Part shown: in pieces, positions 56,919 to 64,000 of the stretch
Layout of the letters: the number at the start of each line of letters is the position of its first letter
Position numbering within the stretch: position 1 is the first letter of the stretch
Assembly: GCA_040902515.1 (NCBI GenBank)
Contig: JBBDXB010000006.1
Coordinates: 130,219-194,218 of the forward strand
Length of the DNA stretch: 64,000 nt
Origin: Patescibacteria group bacterium
Lineage (GTDB): Bacteria > Patescibacteriota > SICC01
Reading direction: 5' to 3'
The notes under the pieces: generated by a model
What the model was told of the DNA's origin: nothing
Databases searched by the model: none
Seen by the model: only the letters and a program-made list of their open reading frames with translations
Program-made: the position numbers and the translations under genes

Positions 56919-57215
56919 TCAGTGCCTCCGTGCCCGCGGGCGCGGACGCGTCACGAGCAGGAAGATCGCCAGGCATACCACGCCAACCATCAGCGCCAAG
57001 CTGATCGGGACCCGCCAGAGATCGGCTAGGCCGGGTAGCAGCATCACTCCTATGCCGGCCGGAAACAGCCAGAACAAGGGACGACTGATCAACCCGAGAA
57101 TGAATCCCGCGGCTGCTATGACCACTCCGACTTGAAACATCGTAGCCGCCGTGTCCTGTGAGAATGCGGCCAGGATGAACAGTGCTACCACGGAAATGCC
57201 GACCCAGCGTGGCAT
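56919..57215 (-). CDS. hypothetical small membrane protein
   Basis: 98 aa with 3 TM helices. Confidence 0.4.
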   Translation of the reverse strand: MPRWVGISVVALFILAAFSQDTAATMFQVGVVIAAAGFILGLISRPLFWLFPAGIGVMLLPGLADLWRVPISLALMVGVVCLAIFLLVTRPRPRARRH

Positions 57216-57325
57216 ATTGCTCCTCTCGATAGAAGTTGAATGAGCCGGTCCTGGAGCGGACGACCCATGCTGACGCTGCTTCCGAATCCTCCCCTGGTTG
57301 TTAAGGATGTAGCATCATATCATAC

Positions 57326-57352
57326 AAAAAGTGCCTTCGTGAGGCACTTTTT
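57326..57352 (-). terminator. bidirectional intrinsic terminator after tRNA-Asp
   Basis: AAAAAGTGCC-ttcgtga-GGCACTTTTTT: a 6-bp GC-rich stem flanked by an A-run and a T-run. Confidence 0.65.
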
Positions 57353-57354
57353 TG

Positions 57355-57429
57355 CGGGGACGACCGGACTCGAACCGGCGACCTCCTGCGTGACAGGCAG
57401 GCGCTCTAACCAGACTGAGCTACGCCCCC
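57355..57429 (-). tRNA. tRNA-Asp (GTC)
   Basis: Acceptor GGGGGCG/CGTCCCC (one G-U pair), anticodon loop CTGTCAC, discriminator G. Confidence 0.75.
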
Positions 57430-57529
57430 GAGAAACACTAAAGTGGCAAAGGTGCTCCGGCACACATACGTCCCGGCTACGGACGTACCGTACCAGTATA
57501 TCGGGATTTCCACCCGCAAGGCGAGATGC

Positions 57530-58807
57530 TCAGGACGCAGGGCTGGGCTGCGCAGCAGGAGACGCTCCCGGCACGCCGGTCTGGGCCGCGCCCGGCTGCT
57601 CGGGCTGCTCCTTGGGTTGGACCGTAAAGAGCGAATCGTCCCACACGAGGCCCGGCGCCAACACCCACACGAGGGTGTCAGGCAGGATTTCCTGGAAATG
57701 CGTGGCGACGGACTTGCCGAGCACGGTAATCTGCTGGAGCTCGACCGAATCCTCATCGCGGTCCTGGACCCTGATGATCACGAATCCCTGGTCGGTCTTG
57801 ATCACGTCGCTCACCGCACCGACCTCGATCTCGAACGCCACTTCTTCGATCGCAGGATCCATCTCACCGCGCCTGATGTCGCCGAGGGAACCGCCTTCCG
57901 ACGCGGCCGGGTCCTCGGACACGTCCTCGGCGACCGCCGCGAAGCTCTCATCTTCTCCCAACCGTTCGCGTGCCGCGTCGGCCTTTTCCCGCGCCTCACG
58001 GTTCAGGTCCTCGTCTTCCGAGATCCTTTCGTTAAGCGCTTCCTGGATCAGGACGTTTTCTCGCAGTTCGGTCTTGTACTCCCGTACCGACCAGCCCAGC
58101 CGTTCGCGAAGCAGCCGCTTGAGCTGGTCTTCGCCCTGGACCTTATCGGCCTGCTCCTGGTACGCTTCTTCGACCCGACTGGCCTTCACACGTACGCCGA
58201 GCTTGGTCGCCTCCTGCTGGGTAATCACGGATGCGATCTGCTGCTGGAGCGCCTGCGCCTTGATCGTCTCTTCCGGCACGGCAGGCAGGCCCTGTGCCTG
58301 TTCCTGGCCACTCTGAATCCGTTCAAGCGTCTTGACCCGCTCCAGGAACGAGCCGTAGCCGACGGCGACTTCGGTCACCGGCGGCAGCCAGAGCTGCGAG
58401 ACGGCTGCGAGCACCGCGATCACGCCGAGGATACCCGCTTTCCGGAGACTCATTACCCTGCCGGAGAAGCCGTACCAGACGAACTTTGCGAAGACGCCGA
58501 CGAAGGCGATCGTCGCGAGCAAACCGCCGATCATCCACCAGAGATAGTCGGGGGTGAATACCTTGGCGGCCGGATAGTAGGCGAAGTTCGAGACGAACCG
58601 TGTCAGGCCGTCGTTTCCACCCGTGGTATAGAGGATGACCGCGTAGACCAAGTACAGCAGGAACAGCGCCAGCACGACGCCCGCGACGATCCTGCCGGAA
58701 CGTGATTCGGGGACACGAGGGCGCGAGATCCGGAATTTCCGAATCCCCGGAACCCGCGAAGCCCGCCTGGTCCGTGCACTGCTGTTTTTTGCTTTTCGAG
58801 GAGTCAT
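57530..58807 (-). CDS. membrane-anchored parvulin-type peptidyl-prolyl isomerase (PrsA/SurA-like)
   Basis: N-terminal TM. C-terminal PpiC/parvulin domain (GGSLGDIRRGEMDPAIEEVAF...VIKTDQGFVIIRV). Start taken at MTPRKAK. Confidence 0.65.
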   Translation of the reverse strand: MTPRKAKNSSARTRRASRVPGIRKFRISRPRVPESRSGRIVAGVVLALFLLYLVYAVILYTTGGNDGLTRFVSNFAYYPAAKVFTPDYLWWMIGGLLATIAFVGVFAKFVWYGFSGRVMSLRKAGILGVIAVLAAVSQLWLPPVTEVAVGYGSFLERVKTLERIQSGQEQAQGLPAVPEETIKAQALQQQIASVITQQEATKLGVRVKASRVEEAYQEQADKVQGEDQLKRLLRERLGWSVREYKTELRENVLIQEALNERISEDEDLNREAREKADAARERLGEDESFAAVAEDVSEDPAASEGGSLGDIRRGEMDPAIEEVAFEIEVGAVSDVIKTDQGFVIIRVQDRDEDSVELQQITVLGKSVATHFQEILPDTLVWVLAPGLVWDDSLFTVQPKEQPEQPGAAQTGVPGASPAAQPSPAS

Positions 58808-58851
58808 GCTTACTCGACTTGAGTATACGGCTGGCCGCAGTAAGACTGCAA

Positions 58852-60027
58852 CTAGCGGCGCGGCCGCCGTGCGGCGTGCCGCTTGATCTGTTCGGAAAAG
58901 ACGGCGGCAGTACGCTCGGCGGCGGTTTCCCACGTGTAGTGTTTCGCCCAGTCATGACCTTTCTCGACCTTCCGCTCGTCCGGTTCGAGCACGGCCTTCC
59001 GGAGCGCGGTCGCCAGTTCCTCGGTATGGTCGGGACGGAACGGTTCGTACGCGCCGGCGAAGAGTTCATGGATCGGCTCGATGTCGGATGCCGCGACCGG
59101 CGTGCCGCCGGCCAGCGCCTCCAGCACCGGAAGGCCGAACCCCTCCGCGAGGGAAGGATAGCAGAATGCGTCCGCGCCGCTCAGGAGCGCCTGCTTCTCC
59201 GACTCGGACACGAACCCGATGGTGCGGACCTGGCCGTTCACCTTCGATTGGGCGATCAGGATCGGAAGACGATGGAAGTCCTCATACAACGCGGAAGACG
59301 GCGCGGTGAGCGCTCCGGCCAGGACCAGGTCATGGCCGGCCGGCAACCCGGACTCCGCGAAGCCCCGGACCAGCCCGCGGATGTTCTTGCGGTAGTCATA
59401 CCCTCCGACGTAGAAGACGTACGGACGGACCAACCCGTACCGCTTGCGTACCGCGGTCACCGTGCGGGAGGACGGGACCGTGCGGTATTCCGGCTCAAGC
59501 CCTTCATACGTAACGGCGATCTGTTGCCGCGGCACGTCGACCGCCCAGCTGATCGCCTTCGCCGAAGCACTGCTTACGGTAAGCAGATGGTCCGCGGCGC
59601 GGATACCGCGCTTGATCCCGCGGAACTTCACCCGCGAGCGGATCGCCCGGCGGTACCGCGGAAGCTGCCAGGGAATCACGTCATGGACCGCCATCACCAC
59701 CGGAACGTCGAACGGGTTGCGAGTCGGCGGAGCGGGATACGGCTGGAAGATCAGATGGGCCTTGCACTGGCCGGCGGCCACCCCGAGGCGACTCCGCTCC
59801 CAGTCGTCGAGCGCCTTGCCCCGCCCGAGGAGCGAACGCTTCGGCGGTACCACGACGGTACGGATCGCGCGCGGGAGGTCCACCGCCACCTTCTCCGGCA
59901 CGAACGCGACGAATTCCGCGCCGCGCATCGCGGCCGGCAGGGAGCGGAGGAGTCCCAACGTATAACGGCCCATGCCGGTGTGCGGCCGGGTCAGGAACAG
60001 TCCGTTGACGGCGATCCGTGCGTTCAT
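58852..60027 (-). CDS. glycosyltransferase family 4 (GT-B, Glycos_transf_1)
   Basis: MNARIAVNGLFL... N-terminus and the C-terminal GT4 EX7E-like region (ESEKQALLSGADAFCYPSLAEGFGLPVLEALA). Start codon overlaps the stop of the upstream bPH gene. Confidence 0.75.
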   Translation of the reverse strand: MNARIAVNGLFLTRPHTGMGRYTLGLLRSLPAAMRGAEFVAFVPEKVAVDLPRAIRTVVVPPKRSLLGRGKALDDWERSRLGVAAGQCKAHLIFQPYPAPPTRNPFDVPVVMAVHDVIPWQLPRYRRAIRSRVKFRGIKRGIRAADHLLTVSSASAKAISWAVDVPRQQIAVTYEGLEPEYRTVPSSRTVTAVRKRYGLVRPYVFYVGGYDYRKNIRGLVRGFAESGLPAGHDLVLAGALTAPSSALYEDFHRLPILIAQSKVNGQVRTIGFVSESEKQALLSGADAFCYPSLAEGFGLPVLEALAGGTPVAASDIEPIHELFAGAYEPFRPDHTEELATALRKAVLEPDERKVEKGHDWAKHYTWETAAERTAAVFSEQIKRHAARRPRR

Positions 60028-60686
60028 CACTTCTTCCGTTTCTTCACCTCGTCCATCTTCCGCTGGACCTCGGCCTGGCGCATCTCCTTGTCGGCCCGCG
60101 CGATCTTCTCCAGGTCGCGCCGGTGCTTGCCGAGCAGCTCGATCAACTCCTTCGCCGTGAGGTCGTGGTCCTCGTCCTCCAGGTACGCCTGCTGCGCCTT
60201 GAGCAGGAACAGCGCCTGCTGCTGGGGTTTGGCGATGTCGTTCAGATCGATGTTCGGGAGCGAGCCTGCCGTCTGCACCAACACCGTCCCGAAGTTGAAG
60301 AGCGTCGCGAAGACACCGGAGACCTCGTGGCTGACGTCCTGGATCTTGCCGAGAGTCGCTTCCGCGAACTTCCGGTGGAAGAAACCGCGCTGCTCCACGT
60401 CGATGATCCGGTAGTTGGTGAGGATGTAGACGTCGCCCCACCAGCTGATCCACTCGTAGGCAGCGTATGTCGCGACCAATGCCAGGATCACCAGGTACAG
60501 CACGAACAAGAACGGACTCGCGAGCATCGAAAGCCCGGTAATGAACAGGAGCGCGATCGGAATGATCGCGAACGCCAGGACCTTTAGGACCGGTCCGACC
60601 AACGTGATCGGGTGGTGACGCCAAATCCGGACGATCTCCTCGTCCTCCGCCTGGTTCTGGATCGTGACCTCGAACGGGTTCTGCAT
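60027..60686 (-). CDS. bacterial PH-domain (bPH_2/YdbT-like) membrane protein
   Basis: Two TM helices followed by YILTNYRIIDVEQRGFFHRKFAEATLGKIQDV, typical of bPH_2. Confidence 0.55.
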   Translation of the reverse strand: MQNPFEVTIQNQAEDEEIVRIWRHHPITLVGPVLKVLAFAIIPIALLFITGLSMLASPFLFVLYLVILALVATYAAYEWISWWGDVYILTNYRIIDVEQRGFFHRKFAEATLGKIQDVSHEVSGVFATLFNFGTVLVQTAGSLPNIDLNDIAKPQQQALFLLKAQQAYLEDEDHDLTAKELIELLGKHRRDLEKIARADKEMRQAEVQRKMDEVKKRKK

Positions 60687-60698
60687 GGCCCGATAGGA

Positions 60699-60908
60699 TT
60701 ACGGCTGCGGCGGAGCCGCGGTTTCCGGAACCGTTACCGGCTGCGCCTGGGACTGCGTCTGTACCTGCGTTCCCGGGTTCGCGGCAGGCGGTGGCGTCGT
60801 TTCCGGGCCGGAGACCGGCAGATACAGCAGGAACGTGCTGGCTCCGAAGAGGATCACCAGCACCCAGATGATGATCAGGTTGATGCGCTTTTTCGTTTTC
60901 GCTTGCAC
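60699..60908 (-). CDS. small hypothetical membrane protein
   Basis: 69 aa with one TM and a Pro/Thr/Gln-rich tail. Confidence 0.35.
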   Translation of the reverse strand: MQAKTKKRINLIIIWVLVILFGASTFLLYLPVSGPETTPPPAANPGTQVQTQSQAQPVTVPETAAPPQP

Positions 60909-61085
60909 ACCGCTATTCTACCGCACTGTTCCCAAGATGCACCGAGCTGACGGGGATCCGGTCAACCCCGGGGGTGGTATGGAAACGGGCTATGACATGG
61001 TCTGCCGACCAAAAAATCGCGGGGGATGTGAGGTTCTGATAGTTAGAACGGTTCTCGCAGAGCCCCCGACTCTCATCCATCACGA

Positions 61086-61361
61086 TCATGTGCCCGTCTC
61101 GATGTGGGTCCATCCCATCTTCTGAGCAACGAGACGCTGGACCTCATTAAGTGCTTTGTTGGGAACAAGGACCAGGGTGCAGTCTGACGGCACTCCGACG
61201 ATTTTCGGGTGTAGGCACCGCTCGGTCGTACTGAAGCGATGTCCGTTATTGCAGACATATCCGCGACGGACCTGCTCATCATCAGCAGATCTCCTGGTCT
61301 CGAGCACGCGCGCGGTACTACCACAACGAGGGCAGGTAAAGTTGGTGCTGGGCATTGTCAC
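61086..61361 (-). CDS. hypothetical zinc-ribbon protein
   Basis: CPRCG...C.NGH ribbon in a 91-aa protein. Resembles the NrdR N-terminus but lacks an ATP-cone. Confidence 0.4.
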   Translation of the reverse strand: MTMPSTNFTCPRCGSTARVLETRRSADDEQVRRGYVCNNGHRFSTTERCLHPKIVGVPSDCTLVLVPNKALNEVQRLVAQKMGWTHIETGT

Positions 61362-61530
61362 CTCATCCTTTCAGGGGCTACCAATAATCATGAAGGATCG
61401 GCAAACCATGTTTTCAATGAACGGCCGTGCGATGACGGACAATCATAGCCCTTTTGCAAAGCCCCTGCAATCAAAAATAAGGATACGCAAGCATACACCT
61501 CGCCCGGTTCAGGAATACCAGTGGACGCTG

Positions 61531-61603
61531 AGGCCCTGGAGGGATTCGAACCCCCGACGCTCTCCTTAGGACGGAGACGCTCTGTCCACTGAGCTACAGG
61601 GCC
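61531..61603 (-). tRNA. tRNA-Arg (CCT)
   Basis: Acceptor GGCCCTG/CAGGGCC, anticodon loop GTCCTAA, T-arm GGGGGTTCGAATCCCTC. Confidence 0.7.
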
Positions 61604-61606
61604 AGC

Positions 61607-62227
61607 CTACTTATTGTAATCCCGGAGCCAATCGACTGCTTTTTGTACGGCGGCCTGACGATGGGTCAGTACCGAGGAGTCCGGTTTTTCTTCCAATTCG
61701 CCGAGTAGTTTGCCCGTCTCGGTCACGAACAGGCTCCGGAACGGGAATCCCGGGACCCGGACTGGCGCAGACTGTTCCGCGATCTCGCCCCGAAGCGTCC
61801 CATCGAAAAGTTCTTCGGTGCCGTCCGGCAGCGCTAAGACGATCACCGTCCGGAATTGTGCCCCGCGCTTACCTCCGGGAACTCCTTGTAGTCGCCGCAG
61901 GCAGTGTTCGATGATCTGCTCATCGGTCATCTCGGTCCGGCCGTCCCGCCAGCGCCGGACCTTTACTCCGGGTTCCCCGCTGAGCGCATCGATCTCCAGG
62001 CCGGTATCGTCTGCCATCATGATCATGCCGGCCGGCGCCACTGCGCGATACGCCCGCGCCTTGAGTAGCGCATTCTCTTCGAGCGTCGCGCCGGTTTCCT
62101 CGACCTCGACGTTTAAACCCCGGTCCTTCGGCGATTCGATCGGCATCATGCCCCCGAGGAACGCCCTCACTTCTTCGAGCTTGCCCGGGTTGCCGGTCGC
62201 GTAGAGCAGTTCAGGACTTTCCGGCAT
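61607..62227 (-). CDS. rdgB: non-canonical purine NTP pyrophosphatase (RdgB/HAM1)
   Basis: LLYATGNPGKLEE N-terminus and ITPase fold motifs. Confidence 0.8.
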   Translation of the reverse strand: MPESPELLYATGNPGKLEEVRAFLGGMMPIESPKDRGLNVEVEETGATLEENALLKARAYRAVAPAGMIMMADDTGLEIDALSGEPGVKVRRWRDGRTEMTDEQIIEHCLRRLQGVPGGKRGAQFRTVIVLALPDGTEELFDGTLRGEIAEQSAPVRVPGFPFRSLFVTETGKLLGELEEKPDSSVLTHRQAAVQKAVDWLRDYNK

Positions 62228-62843
62228 CGGATGACTCCTCCTGTCCGGGCGATTCTACCTGCCAATCCCCCGCATGGAACCGGTTCTGGCCTTTCGCATG
62301 CCAGTCATGAGGGTCCGACGCATAAATCTCATCCCACAAGTCTGCCGCCGCTTTGGTGTGAAGCTTTTTGCGGACGACCTTCCGGCGGTCCTCTTTCCAG
62401 AGCCGCTCCATCGGGACGCCGAGAGCCGTCTGTTCGCGCATTTCCATGTCCTGGTCCAGAATGTCGGCATCCTTCACGATCTTTGCCTCGATCGTTTCCC
62501 GAAGCTCATACTCTTTCCAGAGCTTCATGAATTCATCAGCCAGGGTGGTGTCCTTGAAGATATCCACGGCGGCCTTATCCTCGTTCCGGTCGACGTACTG
62601 CCGGCTCAGATAATCCACGTCGGTCGAACGGCTCTCCACCGCATCGTGCACGAGGGCCAGCTTCACGACCTTGCCGGTGTCACCGGTTTTCTCTCGGGTC
62701 GCCAGCACCAATGCGATCCACGCGACCCGGAACGTGTGCTCGGTGATGTTTTGGAAATCCGCCGCGCCGAAGAACCGGGACCATTGCCGCGGCATCCGGC
62801 GCAGCGCGCCCATTTCAAACAGAAGCTGGGTGTCGCGGTTCAT
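62211..62843 (-). CDS. HD-domain phosphohydrolase (YfbR-like 5'-deoxynucleotidase)
   Basis: HTFRVAWIAL...LALVHDAVE (H...HD) metal-binding motifs. Confidence 0.7.
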   Translation of the reverse strand: MNRDTQLLFEMGALRRMPRQWSRFFGAADFQNITEHTFRVAWIALVLATREKTGDTGKVVKLALVHDAVESRSTDVDYLSRQYVDRNEDKAAVDIFKDTTLADEFMKLWKEYELRETIEAKIVKDADILDQDMEMREQTALGVPMERLWKEDRRKVVRKKLHTKAAADLWDEIYASDPHDWHAKGQNRFHAGDWQVESPGQEESSDAGKS

Positions 62844-62848
62844 ACAGT

Positions 62849-63403
62849 TTATTGCACAATGCTTTTCTCTAGCAGGTCGTCAATGTAATACTGGATCGAC
62901 TTATCGATGACATCGATATCCTTGACCTGCCTCCGGCGTCTTCGAAAGTACGTCGCGAGATAATCCCCCACCGCCTCGATGTCATCCACGATGGCGTCGC
63001 AGGGAAGTTCCACGAAAGGATGGACGTAATCGTTGTACTTCTTCCCCCTGATCTCAGCTTCTGATTTGCGGAACTTACCGTTTACCGGAGCGATGCCCAA
63101 CAGCAGTTTCTTGAAATACTTCGCGATGAGCATCTCTTGGGATCCCCCGACGCTGATGTCGTCCGTAAGGTTCACTACCACCACGTCCGATTGCTGGATC
63201 ATGAAGCAGTCACGCCCGAACACGGCCCGGGGGTCGCCTTCGTCTACCTCATACGTGGTCGTGCCACGCGACGGGTTAAGGTTCTGGATGTCCAGGCCGG
63301 TACGGTCACTCAGTATTTGGCAGTATTCCTCCCGCCATGATTCGCCTACGTGTGGCGATCCGGGACTCACTTTGCCGGCCAGATATGCTTTGATCCGCTT
63401 CAT
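62849..63403 (-). CDS. nucleoside 2-deoxyribosyltransferase-like protein
   Basis: MKRIKAYLAGKV... with spaced acidic residues (DVVVVNLTDD...GGSQEM), resembling the NDT/DNPH1 fold. Inference. Confidence 0.45.
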   Translation of the reverse strand: MKRIKAYLAGKVSPGSPHVGESWREEYCQILSDRTGLDIQNLNPSRGTTTYEVDEGDPRAVFGRDCFMIQQSDVVVVNLTDDISVGGSQEMLIAKYFKKLLLGIAPVNGKFRKSEAEIRGKKYNDYVHPFVELPCDAIVDDIEAVGDYLATYFRRRRRQVKDIDVIDKSIQYYIDDLLEKSIVQ

Positions 63404-63421
63404 CGCCCTTGCAGTATAAAC

Positions 63422-63850
63422 CTACTTAATCCATCCGTTCGCCTGCATCGCATCCACGAAGTAAATGTCCGTGGGATCGAGCGGGAGTGCTTCCTTCGGC
63501 GTCCAGCGATGTTCGACGTGCTCGCTGCTGAGCTGCACCTCGCCAGCGGCACGGACCACGTAGGTGATGCGGACCACGTGGAGTTTTGGGTTAAACAAGA
63601 TGTCCTGCACGTGGAAGATTCCCTCCACCGACGTAACATCAAGCCCGGTCTCCTCTTTCACTTCCCGCTTCAGCGCATCGAGCAACTCCTCGCCGGCGTC
63701 GATGCGTCCCCCGGGGATATCCCACTTCAGGACGTCCTCGCCATGGAACGGCTCGCTCCGCTTCAGCAGCAGGACGCGGCCTTGCTCGTCGGTAATGACC
63801 GCTTTGACGCCGACCTGGAGCTTGCGATCCTGATCGCCGCTCGAGGCCAT
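63422..63850 (-). CDS. NUDIX hydrolase
   Basis: Nudix box GGRIDAGEELLDALKREVKEETGL. Confidence 0.8.
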   Translation of the reverse strand: MASSGDQDRKLQVGVKAVITDEQGRVLLLKRSEPFHGEDVLKWDIPGGRIDAGEELLDALKREVKEETGLDVTSVEGIFHVQDILFNPKLHVVRITYVVRAAGEVQLSSEHVEHRWTPKEALPLDPTDIYFVDAMQANGWIK

Positions 63851-64000
63851 TAGAACATCGCGGATTCTTCGGCGCGGACGTATGAGTGCAGCTCGTCCTT
63901 GCCGAACCAGAGGGCGATCTCGTTCTTCGCCTCTTCCGGCGTTTCGGACGCATGCATGATGTTCTTGATCGCCCGCTTTTCCACGTTGGCGACCGCCGGA
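63851..64000 (-). CDS. ndk: nucleoside diphosphate kinase (3' portion; 5' end beyond window)
   Basis: C-terminal ...VANVEKRAIKNIMHASETPEEAKNEIALWFGKDELHSYVRAEESAMF*. Confidence 0.7.

Noticed and set aside
57443-60414. Plus-strand ORFs 57443-58705 and 58702-60414
   Set aside because: Antisense to the PPIase, GT4 and bPH genes. No conserved motifs.

Overview
A 64 kb, high-GC (about 65%), very gene-dense bacterial chromosomal segment. Nearly all genes and all 11 tRNAs lie on the minus strand, and many genes overlap by 1-4 nt. Housekeeping content: an F-type ATP synthase operon (atpZ-B-E-F-H-A-G, lacking atpD/atpC), rny-ymdB, pyrB-pyrC, prs, guaB, ddl, trpC, tsaE-tsaB, HU, L25/Ctc, rluB, and a nucleotide-sanitising cluster (rdgB, HD 5'-nucleotidase, NDT-like, NUDIX, ndk). 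The small membrane proteins, a T4SS-pilin-like protein, a lamin-tail-domain protein, DUF5667, RNase Y and tRNAs abutting protein genes suggest a reduced-genome lineage, possibly Patescibacteria/CPR; this is inference only. Three lower-GC patches look horizontally acquired. (i) About 2.8-8.2 kb carries a compact thiazole/oxazole-modified microcin (TOMM/LAP) RiPP operon: SagB-type dehydrogenase, then a YcaO cyclodehydratase with an N-terminal extension, then a Cys/Gly-rich precursor peptide with heterocycloanthracin-like CGG(N) repeats. It has its own extended -10 promoter, and a candidate HExxH peptidase and a NUDIX gene lie downstream. (ii) About 9.2-12.46 kb abuts the 3' end of tRNA-Gln and encodes an SF2 DExH helicase fused to seven homing-endonuclease-associated repeats. 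(iii) An HNH endonuclease sits next to tRNA-Arg(TCG). Other notable items: two tandem paralogous secreted M23 peptidases carrying 5 and 4 NBR1-like Ig repeats; a conserved promoter/operator-like module (-10 TATTAT followed 11-13 nt later by CGTT(T/C)ACAACCCGG) upstream of three unrelated unknown genes; a 78-nt near-identical direct repeat with an internal 14-bp hairpin flanking one of those genes; and an inverted repeat bracketing one promoter.
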